This document shows, piece after piece, positions 6,936-16,649 of a stretch of DNA of 49,655 bases; within the stretch, counting starts at the first letter, position 1, and each line of letters opens with the position of its first letter. The stretch is from the NCBI GenBank assembly GCA_022710895.1, contig JAKLGB010000001.1, forward strand, positions 17,446 to 67,100. The letters are read 5' to 3'. Made by a program: the position numbers and the translations under genes. This DNA is from Bacillota bacterium (GTDB taxonomy: Bacteria > Bacillota_I > Bacilli_A > Izemoplasmatales > Hujiaoplasmataceae). Under the pieces are notes generated by a model. It saw nothing but the letters and a program-made list of their open reading frames with translations, was not told the origin of the DNA and did not search any database.

Positions 6936-9536
6936 TCAGTCCCCCGCTAATTTCTTGATTTCCTCAACGACGTCGGCGAGAATGTTCATCGCTTTGATGG
7001 GCGTCAAGGCATTGATGTCCAAGGCCTTCAGCTGCTCAAGGACGGATGCGTATTGATCGCAAGCCGACTCGGCGGCCTCTTGAGCCACTTCAAAATTGAA
7101 CAAGGTGGTTTCTTGCGGTTTAATGACGTTAGTTCCATGGTTTTTTTCTAATTCGGTCAAAATCAGTTGAGCCCGATGAATCAGACCGGCCGGAAGGGAA
7201 GCCAGTTTGGCGACATGGATCCCGTAAGAACGATCCGTGGGGCCGTCGGCGACTTTATGCAGAAAGACGATGTTCCCTCTGTCTTCTTTGGCCATTACAT
7301 GCACATTGTGAAGCCCTTTGAGTTCATCTTCCAGATAAGTAAGTTCGTGATAGTGGGTCGAAAAGAGGATTTTCGCTTTGATTTTGGCGTGGCAATACTC
7401 GATGATCGATTGCGCCAAGGCCATGCCGTCATAGGTTGCCGTCCCTCTCCCGATTTCATCAAAAAGGATCAGGCTGTCCGCCGTGGCGTTTTGGACCGCA
7501 TGATTGACTTCCAGCATTTCCACCATGAAAGTGGATTTTCCCCCTGTCAAGTCGTCGGCCGCTCCGATGCGGGTGAAGATCTGATCGAAAATCGGTAACC
7601 GTGCGCTCTGGCAAGGGACGAAACATCCCATCTGCATCAAAATGATGGCCAAGGCGGTCTGCCGCATATAGGTGGATTTTCCGGACATGTTCGGACCGGT
7701 AATCAGCAGGATTGAGGTTTTTTCCGGCATCACGACATCGTTTTCGACGTAACGTTCGTTGTCGAGCATCTTCTCGACGACAGGGTGCCGTCCCCCGATG
7801 ATTTCAATCGACCGTTCGGGGATGATGAACGGGCGAACGTAACGATTGTCGGCCGAGACTTGGGCAAACGCCAGCAACATATCGATTTCGGAGACCGCGC
7901 GTGCCATCTCTTGAAGCGATGCGGTTTCGGCTTTGGCTTGATCTCGAAGTTTGACAAACAAGTCGTATTCCAAGCGGATGGCATCTTCTTCGGAACCGAG
8001 AATCAACGTTTCTTTTTCCTTGAGTTCCGGAGTCACGAACCGTTCGGAATTCGATAAGGTTTGTTTGCGTTCATAGCCGAATTCTTCCCGGACCAGATCC
8101 AATTGGCCGCGGGTGACTTCGATGTAATATCCGAATACGCGGTTATAGCCGATTCGCAATTTCTTGATTCCGGTGCGCTCCCGTTCGGCGGCTTCGAATT
8201 CCGCCAACCAATCCTTGCCGTGCGCAGCGGCGTTCCGGATTCGATCGAGTTCGGGATCATACCCTTCACGGATGAATCCGCCTTCTTTGACCGAAACCGG
8301 GGGATTATCGATGATCGCGGCGGAAATAGCGGCTTCCAGTTCCCTTAGGGGATCGAGATTGCCGACCAGTTGGACGGCGTAGGGAATGACCAAACTTTCC
8401 ATCCTCGCCTTCAAACCCGGCATCACTCGTAAGGAACGGGCTAGATTGACCAAATCCTTGGCGTTGGCGTTCCCAAAGGAAATACGACCGAGGATTCGTT
8501 CAAGGTCATACACTTCTCTGAGGTCCGTCTTGAGGTCCTCACGGACCAAAAAATTTTCGTTGAGTGCTTCGAGCAAGGAAAAACGATTTTCGATCTTCTT
8601 TTTGTCTACCAGGGGACGAAGGATATTTTGTTTGAGGAATCGGGAACCCATGGCCGTCCGGCATTGATCGAGTAACCAAAAAAGACTTCCCTTCCGAGAT
8701 CCGAAACGGTAGGTCTCCACCAACTCCAAATTGCGTTTGGAGTTGTAATCCATCCGCAGAAAAGAAGTCGATTCGAACACTTGGACTTTTTGAAAATGGG
8801 CAAGTTCCTGCTTTTGCGTGGAGCGAAGGTAATTGATCAACCGACCAAAGGCTTCCAATGATTCTTTGTCATAGAGGTCGGCTACGAGGTGTTTGTAGGC
8901 TTGGGGCAGATCGGAGGACTCGAAAACGGAAACGGTCAAAGCTTCCGTCTGTAGAAATCGACGAAGCGGTCGCTGATTGAACCGGGGGCCGATGACGATT
9001 TCACGCGTGTGTAGATTGAGAATCTCGCTCCACAACCCTTCGGGATCCTTGGGGGTGGAAACGATGCAGTTCTGTCCCGTGGTCAGATCCGAATAGGCCA
9101 GAAGATATTTTTCTTTGGATTCCGCCACCGAAACAATGTAGTTATTCGATTTTTCATCGACAGCACCGTCTTCGACTATCGTCCCGGGGGTAATCAGTTT
9201 GATGACTTCGCGACGAACCAATCCCTTGGCCAACGCGGGATCTTCCACCTGTTCGCAGATGGCGACTTTGTAGCCCTTTTCCACCAGTTTTTCCAAATAT
9301 ACGTTGGCGGCGTGAAAAGGAATTCCGCACATGGGGACTCGGCTTTTTTGGCCCGCGTCTTTTCCGGTCAGAACGATTTCCAGTTCCCGTGAGCCGATTT
9401 CCGCATCCTCAAAAAACATTTCGTAGAAATCCCCAATCCGAAAAAAGACTATATAGTCGCTATAGTCTTTTTTGATTTCAAGATATTGTTGCATCATGGG
9501 GGTGAAACTGTTTTCTGTGGGCTTTTCCAAAATCAA
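6936..9536 (-). CDS. mutS: DNA mismatch repair protein MutS
   Basis: FTPMMQQYLEIKKDY, the mismatch-binding FYEMF, Walker A GPNMSGKST and DEIGRGT. The ORF-track start is TTG (9536); a TTG at 9530 sits 7 nt from an AGGTGA SD and is equally possible. Confidence 0.95.
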   Translation of the reverse strand: MILEKPTENSFTPMMQQYLEIKKDYSDYIVFFRIGDFYEMFFEDAEIGSRELEIVLTGKDAGQKSRVPMCGIPFHAANVYLEKLVEKGYKVAICEQVEDPALAKGLVRREVIKLITPGTIVEDGAVDEKSNNYIVSVAESKEKYLLAYSDLTTGQNCIVSTPKDPEGLWSEILNLHTREIVIGPRFNQRPLRRFLQTEALTVSVFESSDLPQAYKHLVADLYDKESLEAFGRLINYLRSTQKQELAHFQKVQVFESTSFLRMDYNSKRNLELVETYRFGSRKGSLFWLLDQCRTAMGSRFLKQNILRPLVDKKKIENRFSLLEALNENFLVREDLKTDLREVYDLERILGRISFGNANAKDLVNLARSLRVMPGLKARMESLVIPYAVQLVGNLDPLRELEAAISAAIIDNPPVSVKEGGFIREGYDPELDRIRNAAAHGKDWLAEFEAAERERTGIKKLRIGYNRVFGYYIEVTRGQLDLVREEFGYERKQTLSNSERFVTPELKEKETLILGSEEDAIRLEYDLFVKLRDQAKAETASLQEMARAVSEIDMLLAFAQVSADNRYVRPFIIPERSIEIIGGRHPVVEKMLDNERYVENDVVMPEKTSILLITGPNMSGKSTYMRQTALAIILMQMGCFVPCQSARLPIFDQIFTRIGAADDLTGGKSTFMVEMLEVNHAVQNATADSLILFDEIGRGTATYDGMALAQSIIEYCHAKIKAKILFSTHYHELTYLEDELKGLHNVHVMAKEDRGNIVFLHKVADGPTDRSYGIHVAKLASLPAGLIHRAQLILTELEKNHGTNVIKPQETTLFNFEVAQEAAESACDQYASVLEQLKALDINALTPIKAMNILADVVEEIKKLAGD

Positions 9537-9557
9537 ATCACCTGAATCGGCTGGGTC

Positions 9558-10937
9558 TTACTCCCAGAACACGGGGATTCCAAAGGGGAGGATGTGCGGG
9601 TCGTTGATAAAGTAAAAGGCAAGGCAGTAGCCCAAGAAACCGACCACGGCGACTCCCAATGTCACCAAGAGGATGGTCCAGAAGGTTTTCTGGCGACGTT
9701 TGCGTTGGTATTTTTTGATGATGAGATTGATCTTCTCATCCAGGAGCGCGCGTTCTTCTTCGGAATAGTTTTTGGATCCTTCGGTCAGCATCGGGCGAAG
9801 AACCGGTTCGGGAGCGGGAACTTCTTTGGCCACAGGGGCCGCCGGTTGGGCAGGAAGGACTTCGGCCGGTTTCTCTTCGGGTCGCGGTTCGGGTTCGACC
9901 ACGGGTTCGGGTTCGACCACCGGTTCCGGTTCGGCCACCGGTTCCGGTTCCTTCGGAGCCACGACTTCCTCTTCGATCGGGGCGGTCTGGATGGGTTCCG
10001 AGGGGGGAAGCGGTTCGGGTTCTGTTTTTGCGGGTTCGGTCACGACCGGTTCGGCCAGGACCACGGGGATGTCTTGGTCGTTGGACACGAATTGAACTTC
10101 TTCGATTTGGACCGTATCGAGATCGACCGCAAGCGGAACACGGTAATCATGCAGGTCCTTATGGGCTTCTTGGTGATACATGCCCAAAGAAAAGACGATG
10201 AATTCGACCATATCGCTCTTTTTGAGGTCGATGGAGATGCTGAAACCCTTATCCTTGGCATAGATTTCCAGATCGAGGACGGATTTATCGTTGAGCAATA
10301 CGATCTCATCTTCGGAGAGTCGGAAGCGTTTCGCCAGGATTTGGACCAATTGGGTTTTGTTGATGCGCCGGGGGACTTTCACCCCGTATTTTTCTCCGAG
10401 TCCGCGCAAATCGCCTAAGGTACTCGAATGAATCATCACATCTTTGAGAATGGATAGGCTGACCCCGTCCAAGTATCCGGAGGGTTCATACAAAAGATTT
10501 CCGAAATGACTCATAAAAGTGGAGTAGGGGATGGTTTCAAAATCGACGGCATACTTGTATTTCAACTTATCCAGTTCGTTGACGAAATGATCTTTGATTC
10601 CAAAAAGGTCGGCGTTAAGAAAAAGCATGTCGAAAAAGATCTCTTTGTATTTGGCCGCGTCGAACTCCAAATTATAGTCGACCATCAGTTTTTCCAGAAG
10701 GTAGATGGAAAAATCCCGATAACCGCGGAGACGGTATTTCAGTTCGTCGGTAAAGGTCGAATAGAGGGCCGTGGCGAAAACCTTCGGGGAAATCGTTTCC
10801 CGAAGGACAAAACGATGGATGTAGGTGGGGACTTTGATTTTGGAAACCGTCAATAGGTTCGCCAAATCTACGGCGGGGATCACGCTGAGGGTTTTCGAAT
10901 AGGCAAACATTTCTTCATGGGATTTCAGTTTACTCAT
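9558..10937 (-). CDS. hypothetical tail-anchored protein: unknown N-domain, two HeH/Rho_N-like motifs, P/E-rich repeat linker, C-terminal TM helix
   Basis: HeH-like motifs TLGDLRGLGEKYGVKVPRRINKTQLVQILAK and LDLEIYAKDKGFSISIDLKKSDMVEFIV. The P/E-rich segment covers aa 295-380 (EPEPVVEPEPVVEPEP). KKYQRKRRQK precedes the TM helix WTILLVTLGVAVVGFLGYCLAFYFI. The gene ends 21 nt upstream of mutS. Confidence 0.7.
   Translation of the reverse strand: MSKLKSHEEMFAYSKTLSVIPAVDLANLLTVSKIKVPTYIHRFVLRETISPKVFATALYSTFTDELKYRLRGYRDFSIYLLEKLMVDYNLEFDAAKYKEIFFDMLFLNADLFGIKDHFVNELDKLKYKYAVDFETIPYSTFMSHFGNLLYEPSGYLDGVSLSILKDVMIHSSTLGDLRGLGEKYGVKVPRRINKTQLVQILAKRFRLSEDEIVLLNDKSVLDLEIYAKDKGFSISIDLKKSDMVEFIVFSLGMYHQEAHKDLHDYRVPLAVDLDTVQIEEVQFVSNDQDIPVVLAEPVVTEPAKTEPEPLPPSEPIQTAPIEEEVVAPKEPEPVAEPEPVVEPEPVVEPEPRPEEKPAEVLPAQPAAPVAKEVPAPEPVLRPMLTEGSKNYSEEERALLDEKINLIIKKYQRKRRQKTFWTILLVTLGVAVVGFLGYCLAFYFINDPHILPFGIPVFWE
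9886..9951. repeat. 18-bp tandem repeat (~3.7 copies) encoding EPEPVV units
   Basis: GGTTCGGGTTCGACCACG / GGTTCGGGTTCGACCACC / GGTTCCGGTTCGGCCACC / GGTTCCGGTTCC, in frame within the 459-aa gene. Confidence 0.85.
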
Positions 10938-10963
10938 AATCTCACCCGTTTCTCGACATCTTG

Positions 10964-10993
10964 ATTATATACTACTATAATTGAAAATCTAAA
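10964..10993 (-). promoter_or_regulatory. candidate promoter of the 459-aa gene/mutSL operon (TTTAGA-18-TATAAT)
   Basis: Minus-strand TATAAT at 10964-10969 with a weak -35. It is bracketed by the 8-bp inverted repeat TCTTGATT / AATCAAGA. Confidence 0.35.
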
Positions 10994-11087
10994 TCAAGAG
11001 ATAAGAACGAAAAATAAAGGTTTTCCGCTCAGGCCGTAACGTCAGGGAAAGTCGCAAAACCGACTGGAAAAAGCGACCATTCGTCCG

Positions 11088-11118
11088 TTGAAAACAAAAA
11101 GACGGAATGCCCGTCTTA
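11088..11118 (-). terminator. intrinsic terminator after ricA
   Basis: Minus strand reads AAGACGG-gcatt-CCGTCTT followed by TTTGTTTTC. It overlaps the ricA stop codon. Confidence 0.75.
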
Positions 11119-11445
11119 ATGGAGGTCTTGATTTACTGCCGTCCTGACAATCTCAAGAAGGTCCCCAACGAGGATCTGCAATTCCTCGACGCAGCTCAAA
11201 TACTCCGCCACCGCCGGAAAAGCCGTCAATTCGGCCATTCCGGTTTCATATTCGGTTTTGGCCAGGAGATAATCCCGAGTGCGCCCGGATTGATGAGCCC
11301 GAACCATCTTCTTTTGAATTTCCAACAAAGCGCGAAACCGTTCGGCATACTCGGGATGTGCCTCGATCACGCGTTTCCATTCCTTTGTCCGAAGGACCAG
11401 TTCGGATTCCCGCAATGAAACCGACAGACGTTCTTCAACGTTCAA
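11116..11445 (-). CDS. ricA: YlbF/YmcA (RicA)-family regulatory protein
   Basis: An all-helical 109-aa protein. Its C-terminal half FPAVAEYLSCVEELQILVGDLLEIV resembles the YmcA IPVIQEF..EVNDLLQLV segment. It sits directly after miaB as in B. subtilis (ymcB-ymcA). TTG start has a GGGGAGG SD 6 nt upstream. Confidence 0.65.
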   Translation of the reverse strand: MNVEERLSVSLRESELVLRTKEWKRVIEAHPEYAERFRALLEIQKKMVRAHQSGRTRDYLLAKTEYETGMAELTAFPAVAEYLSCVEELQILVGDLLEIVRTAVNQDLH

Positions 11446-12907
11446 GCGCGACCTCCCCGTCCAACGACCAGGTTTTGGCGCGGACCAGATGAACCGGTAC
11501 GATGGTTCCGATTAGTTCGGGGGAACCGGGAAAATTAACGAGTTTGTTGTGGGGGGTATACCCGGACAGGATATCGCTTTTGGTCTTGGAAGCCCCGTCG
11601 ACAAGCACGTCGACGGTTTGGCCGAGAAACCGGGCGTTCCCCCGGGAAAAACCGGCATTGATCCGATCGTTCAAGCGGTAAAGTCTTTCCATTTTTTCCG
11701 CTTTTGGCGTAGCGTCGGGGAGGGAAGCGGCAGGGGTTCCGGCTCGGGGTGAAAAAACAAACGTGTACGCCCCTTCAAACTCGGCTCGTTCGACGAGTTC
11801 GAGCGTCTCCTGAAAATCGGCTTCGGTCTCTCCGGGAAAACCGACAATCAGATCCGTCGTCAACGAAACCCCGGGAATCGCGGTTCGAATTCTTTGAACC
11901 AAGTCGAGATATTGGTCTTTGGTGTATTTTCGATTCATTGCCTTCAAAATCCGATCCGAACCGGATTGCACCGGCAGGTGAATCGAGGGCATCAGATTGC
12001 CTCCTTGCGAGAGGACATCGATCAAAAACTGGGAGAAGTCTTTGGGATGACTGGTTGTGAACCGGATGCGGGGGATCGGAAGCAAACGCAGTTCCGCCAG
12101 CAAATCGGCAAATCGATAATCGCGGTCGACAAAGTCCAAACCGTACGAATTGACGTTTTGCCCCAAAAGAGTGACTTCACGGTACCCGCGGGAGGCCAAT
12201 TCGATCACCTCCGCGATGATGTCTTCCGGCCTTCGGCTACGTTCTTTTCCGCGTGCATAAGGGACAATGCAATAGGTGCAGAACTCATCGCAACCGAACA
12301 TGATGTTGACCCAGGCTTTCGCTCCATTGGCCCGAACCGTCGGTAAATGTTCGACGATCGAACCTTCCTCGCTCCATACGTCGACGACTTGAGGAACTCC
12401 GCTCATCACGCTCGCGAGATAATCGGGCAACCGGTGGAGATTGTGGGTCCCGAAGACAATGTCGACTTGGTGATAGGTTTTCAGGATTTTTTCGACGACG
12501 ACTTCCTCTTGAGGCATACAACCGCCGACGGCGATGATGAGGTCCGGTCGTTGTTCTTTATATTGTTTGACTCTCCCAAGTTCGCCGAAGACTTTATTTT
12601 CGGCGTTGGCACGGATGGCACAGGTGTTGAACACCAACAAATCGGCTTCTGCCTCGGATGGAGCCTTGGTGAAACCGATCAGTTCCAACAAGCCGCTGAT
12701 TTTTTCCGAGTCGGCCTCATTGCCTTGACACCCATACGTTTGAATGGTGTACTTTTTCCCTTTACCCAATTCTTGATAATGCGGAGAGAGAGAAAAATCC
12801 GTGACATGCACGGATTGGCGGGAACGGCGGGCAGCCGACTTCAAAATGGGTTTGGAAAAGATTTTCTCAGTCATCGGTTTTCTCGTTTCCGCGGAGAAGC
12901 TCCGCAT
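11435..12907 (-). CDS. miaB: tRNA-2-methylthio-N6-dimethylallyladenosine synthase
   Basis: UPF0004 domain (YTIQTYGCQGNEADSE), radical SAM motif CDEFCTYC, and a TRAM domain at the C-terminus. The alternative ATG at 12874 cannot be excluded. Confidence 0.93.
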   Translation of the reverse strand: MRSFSAETRKPMTEKIFSKPILKSAARRSRQSVHVTDFSLSPHYQELGKGKKYTIQTYGCQGNEADSEKISGLLELIGFTKAPSEAEADLLVFNTCAIRANAENKVFGELGRVKQYKEQRPDLIIAVGGCMPQEEVVVEKILKTYHQVDIVFGTHNLHRLPDYLASVMSGVPQVVDVWSEEGSIVEHLPTVRANGAKAWVNIMFGCDEFCTYCIVPYARGKERSRRPEDIIAEVIELASRGYREVTLLGQNVNSYGLDFVDRDYRFADLLAELRLLPIPRIRFTTSHPKDFSQFLIDVLSQGGNLMPSIHLPVQSGSDRILKAMNRKYTKDQYLDLVQRIRTAIPGVSLTTDLIVGFPGETEADFQETLELVERAEFEGAYTFVFSPRAGTPAASLPDATPKAEKMERLYRLNDRINAGFSRGNARFLGQTVDVLVDGASKTKSDILSGYTPHNKLVNFPGSPELIGTIVPVHLVRAKTWSLDGEVALER

Positions 12908-12912
12908 GGGGT

Positions 12913-13671
12913 TTATTCAAAGAGATGAATGGCTTCGATTTTCTTGGCGTCGAGGTCCAATAAAACGGCATTGAATTGCAGCGCTCCGACCGGTTCGGGA
13001 TTGACGCGCTCAGGGACACCGGAAAGGAATTTGCGGATTCCTTGACGGATTTCGCCGCCGATGATTCCGTATCGGACGCCGGTCATCCCGACGTCGGTCA
13101 TGTAAAGGAGGCCTTGGGGGAAGACGCAGGCGTCCGCGGTCGGAACGTGGGTGTGGGTGCCGACCAAAGCATCCACCCGACCGTCCAGATAATTTGCCAT
13201 TGCATATTTTTCGCTGGTGGCTTCCGCATGAAAATCCACGATGACGTAATCGCTGTTGATACGTCCCAGCAATTCGTCGATTTTGGTAAAGGGGTTATCG
13301 ATCTGATCGCGCATGAAAACGCGTCCCAAAAGGTTGATCACCGTCACTTTTTTGTCGTTGAACTGGAGAGTGACGTATTCGCGGCCTTTGGCTCCGGGTC
13401 CGTAGTTGGCGGGACGGGCGATATAGGGAAGTTCCAAGACTTCCGGAGCGTCCCGGCGAGTGTAGGCGTGGTTCCCCAAAGTGAGAGCGTGAATTCCCAT
13501 GGCCATCAGTTCTTTGTAGATTTCCAAGGTGATGCCATTGCCGTTGGCAATGTTTTCTGCATTCAAAACCACCAAATGCGGTTTCGTGTCGGCTTTGACT
13601 TGATCGAAATATTTTTTCAGGGCTTTCCGCCCTTGTTCCATGTAAACATCACCGATGAAAAGGATGCGCAT
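12913..13671 (-). CDS. ymdB: YmdB-family metallophosphoesterase (2',3'-cyclic-nucleotide 2'-phosphodiesterase)
   Basis: MRILFIGDVYMEQGRKAL, NAENIANGNGIT, DFHAEATSEK and GTHTHVPTAD. GGAGGT SD. Lies downstream of rny as in B. subtilis. Confidence 0.9.
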   Translation of the reverse strand: MRILFIGDVYMEQGRKALKKYFDQVKADTKPHLVVLNAENIANGNGITLEIYKELMAMGIHALTLGNHAYTRRDAPEVLELPYIARPANYGPGAKGREYVTLQFNDKKVTVINLLGRVFMRDQIDNPFTKIDELLGRINSDYVIVDFHAEATSEKYAMANYLDGRVDALVGTHTHVPTADACVFPQGLLYMTDVGMTGVRYGIIGGEIRQGIRKFLSGVPERVNPEPVGALQFNAVLLDLDAKKIEAIHLFE

Positions 13672-13689
13672 GTCGAACCTCCGTAAGGA

Positions 13690-13719
13690 AAAATGATAGC
13701 CTTCCCGCAGGAAGGCTAT
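13690..13719 (-). terminator. 10-bp hairpin with short U-tract between rny and ymdB (partial terminator/processing site)
   Basis: Minus strand reads ATAGCCTTCC-tgcg-GGAAGGCTAT followed by CATTTTTCC. Confidence 0.55.
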
Positions 13720-13722
13720 GGA

Positions 13723-15285
13723 TTATTTGGCGATATCCTGGGCTCTCGTTTCGCGGATGACCGTAACCTTAATGGTCCCCGGATAGCTGAGTTTCTCTTC
13801 AATTTGTTGGCGGATTTCTTTGGCAATCACATAGGTTCGGGTGTCGTCCACTTCGTTGGGCTTGACGATGACTCGGACTTCGCGACCGGCTTGGATCGCA
13901 AACGCTTGATCGACACCGGCAACGGAATGTGAGATTTCCTCCAATTGGGTAAGTCGCTTGATGTAATTTTCCAACGACTCGCTTCGAGCACCCGGACGGG
14001 CGGCGGACAAAGCGTCGGCGGCCGCGACGAGGACACCGATGACGGTCTTGGCTTCAGAGTCGCCGTGGTGTGAAGAGATGGCATCGACGACCGCGGGATT
14101 TTCGCGGTATTTGTTGGCTAAGAGAATGCCGATGTCGACATGCGAACCTTCAATTTCATGATCGACGGCTTTTCCGATATCATGAAGCAAACCGGCTCGT
14201 TTGGCGATCACTTCGTTTTCGCCGAGTTCGACGGCCAACTTTCCGGCAAGGAAAGCCGTTTCAATCGAATGTTTCAGCGCATTTTGACCGTAGGAGGTCC
14301 GAAAATGCAGGCGTCCCAGCAACTTGACCAGATCGGGATGCATACGGCCGACGGCGGTTTCAAACACGGCTTTGTCGCCCATGTCCCGAATGAATTGATC
14401 CACTTCCACGCGGGTTTTCTCGACGATTTCTTCGATGCGGGCAGGGTGGATCCGTCCGTCGGTAATCAAGGTTTCAATGGTCTTTTTGGCAATTTCGCGG
14501 CGAACCGGATCGAATCCGGATAATACGACCGCTTCGGGGGTGTCGTCAATAATCAGATCGACGCCCGTCATCGCTTCGATGGTGCGGATATTGCGTCCTT
14601 CGCGGCCGATGATTCGTCCCTTCATTTCGTCATTGGGAAGGTTGACGACGGTGACGGTTGACTCGGCGGTGACATCTTGGGCATACTTTTGAATAGCTTG
14701 AGAGATGATGTCTTTGGCGGTTTTCTGGGCTTCGGCTTTCGCATTTTCTTCCGCATCGCGGATATAGCGACTGATTTCGGAGGACATGTCGGCTTCGACA
14801 CGTTCCATCACGACTCCCCGAGCTTGTTCCTCGGTAAAATTGGCGATTTCAAACAGTTTGGCATTCTGTTGCTGGATGACACTGTCCAGTTTGCTGTTCT
14901 TTTCCTCAAGCGCGGCTTTCTTCTCATCAAGAGCTTCTTCTTTGCGATCAAGGTTGAGCTCGCGTTTGTCCAAATTGGACGCACGCCGTTCAAGCAGGTC
15001 TTCGCGTTGATTCAGTTTGTTTTCGAGTTCCTGAACGTTGGCTTTTTTCTCCTTGATCAGTTTGTCGTTTTCCTGATAGAGGTTGAAAATCTCTTGTTTG
15101 GCTTCGATAAGTTTCTCTTTTTTGATTTTTTCCGCTTGAGTAGTGGCTTCTTCGACGATTTTTTGGGCTTTTGTGCGGGTTGCGAGGAAGGATTTTTCCA
15201 CGATTCTGACCCGTAGCAAGAAGCCGACGATACCGCCGATGGCTAGACCGAGCAAACTGGAGATAATGATTTGGACCCATTCCAT
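13723..15285 (-). CDS. rny: ribonuclease Y
   Basis: N-terminal TM helix, a coiled-coil region, a KH domain ([12 protein letters not shown]) and an HD domain (LLHDIGKA). 520 aa with a GGAGGT SD. Confidence 0.96.
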   Translation of the reverse strand: MEWVQIIISSLLGLAIGGIVGFLLRVRIVEKSFLATRTKAQKIVEEATTQAEKIKKEKLIEAKQEIFNLYQENDKLIKEKKANVQELENKLNQREDLLERRASNLDKRELNLDRKEEALDEKKAALEEKNSKLDSVIQQQNAKLFEIANFTEEQARGVVMERVEADMSSEISRYIRDAEENAKAEAQKTAKDIISQAIQKYAQDVTAESTVTVVNLPNDEMKGRIIGREGRNIRTIEAMTGVDLIIDDTPEAVVLSGFDPVRREIAKKTIETLITDGRIHPARIEEIVEKTRVEVDQFIRDMGDKAVFETAVGRMHPDLVKLLGRLHFRTSYGQNALKHSIETAFLAGKLAVELGENEVIAKRAGLLHDIGKAVDHEIEGSHVDIGILLANKYRENPAVVDAISSHHGDSEAKTVIGVLVAAADALSAARPGARSESLENYIKRLTQLEEISHSVAGVDQAFAIQAGREVRVIVKPNEVDDTRTYVIAKEIRQQIEEKLSYPGTIKVTVIRETRAQDIAK

Positions 15286-15407
15286 GGTACAATTACCTCC
15301 GTATATGCAATTTTTAAAGTTGAAATTATATGATGAAACGCCGTCCGGATTCCCAGTTCCGGGAGCCGTTTCAAACGATATACTTACGTCAACTTGTTTT
15401 CTATTTT

Positions 15408-15436
15408 ATTATACCGTATAAGGCGGTCATAGTCAA
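15408..15436 (-). promoter_or_regulatory. sigma-A promoter for rny (TTGACT-17-TATAAT)
   Basis: Minus strand reads TTGACT atgaccgccttatacgg TATAAT. It leaves a leader of about 115 nt. Confidence 0.7.
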
Positions 15437-15496
15437 AAATTATTTACCGGAATCTTCGGAAAGAGGGTCGAGAACACCGAAAGTCTCCTCTCTTTT

Positions 15497-15528
15497 TCAA
15501 AAAAGAAAAGCGGTCGGAAGAGACCGCG
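15497..15528 (-). terminator. intrinsic terminator after recA
   Basis: Minus strand reads GCGGTC-tcttcc-GACCGC followed by TTTTCTTTTTTG. Confidence 0.75.
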
Positions 15529-15572
15529 TTCCATATATATTGGAGGAAAATCAATGTTCCGCAGGAGAAAAC

Positions 15573-16568
15573 TCATTTCATGTCGAATTTTTGACGGATC
15601 GCCAAGGCGATTTCGTTCATGACCAACGGATTGTCTTCCAAATACTTCTTGACGTTCTCCCGCCCTTGTCCGATCTTTTGATCATGGTAAGAGAACCACG
15701 CGCCGCTCTTTTGGATCAAATCAAGTTCCACACCCAAATCGACGACTTCGCCGGAACGGGAAATGCCTTTGCCGAAAATGATGTCGATGTCGCACGTCTT
15801 GAATGGGGAAGCGACTTTGTTTTTGACAACCTTGACCCTGGCTTGGTTGCCGATCACTTCGTCCCCGACTTTGATTTGTTCGCCGCGGCGAATGTCCAAA
15901 CGGACCGAGGCGTAGAATTTAAGCGCGCGGCCACCTGACGTCGTTTCCGGATTTCCGAACATGACTCCGACTTTTTCCCGGATTTGGTTGATAAAAATGG
16001 CGATGCAATTGGATTTGCTTAAAACCCCGGAAAGTTTCCGCATCGCTTGGCTCATCAGCCGTGCTTGCAAACCGACGTGAGAATCGCCCATTTCACCGCG
16101 AATCTCCGCTTCGGGAACCAAAGCCGCCACCGAGTCGACAACCATGATATCGACGGCACCGCTCCTAACCAAAGCTTCCGCGATCTCCAATCCTTGTTCT
16201 CCGGTATCGGGTTGGGAAAGAATCAACGAATCGATGTCGACCCCGAGATTTCTGGCATAGACCGGATCCAATGCATGTTCCGCATCGATAAAGGCGGCAT
16301 ATCCGCCACCTTTTTGCACTTCGGCGATCGCGTGGAGCGCAAAGGTGGTTTTTCCGGTCGATTCGGGACCGAAGATTTCGATGATGCGGCCTTTCGGATA
16401 ACCCCCAACCCCGAGGCAATGATCCAAAGCGATCGATCCGCTGGAAACGGCTTCAACCGACATGTTCGCAACTTCATCTCCCAAAATCATCACGGCGCCT
16501 TTGCCAAATTCCTTTTCGATTTCCTTTAATGCGGCTTCCAGCGATTTCTTGCGTTTTTCATCTGCCAT
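15573..16568 (-). CDS. recA: recombinase RecA
   Basis: GPESTGKTT Walker A, ALDPVYA, and the [13 protein letters not shown]2 region. GGAGG SD. Confidence 0.97.
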   Translation of the reverse strand: MADEKRKKSLEAALKEIEKEFGKGAVMILGDEVANMSVEAVSSGSIALDHCLGVGGYPKGRIIEIFGPESTGKTTFALHAIAEVQKGGGYAAFIDAEHALDPVYARNLGVDIDSLILSQPDTGEQGLEIAEALVRSGAVDIMVVDSVAALVPEAEIRGEMGDSHVGLQARLMSQAMRKLSGVLSKSNCIAIFINQIREKVGVMFGNPETTSGGRALKFYASVRLDIRRGEQIKVGDEVIGNQARVKVVKNKVASPFKTCDIDIIFGKGISRSGEVVDLGVELDLIQKSGAWFSYHDQKIGQGRENVKKYLEDNPLVMNEIALAIRQKFDMK

Positions 16569-16649
16569 AAGACGGCCTCCTGTCGAATGTTTGCTTGACC
16601 AAAAACGGTCGTGCGCTTGAATAAATTACGCCACCCAAGGGTGTATTCT

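Noticed and set aside
10962-11003. 8-bp inverted repeat TCTTGATT / AATCAAGA around the candidate promoter of the 459-aa gene
   Set aside because: It could be an operator, but the arms are short, AT-rich and 26 nt apart. I have no comparative support, so I mention it only under the promoter feature.
16569-16649. LexA/DinR (Cheo) box upstream of recA
   Set aside because: I looked for CGAAC-N4-GTTCG. Only CGAATGTTTGCTTG is present, and it lacks the second half-site. No SOS box can be claimed.
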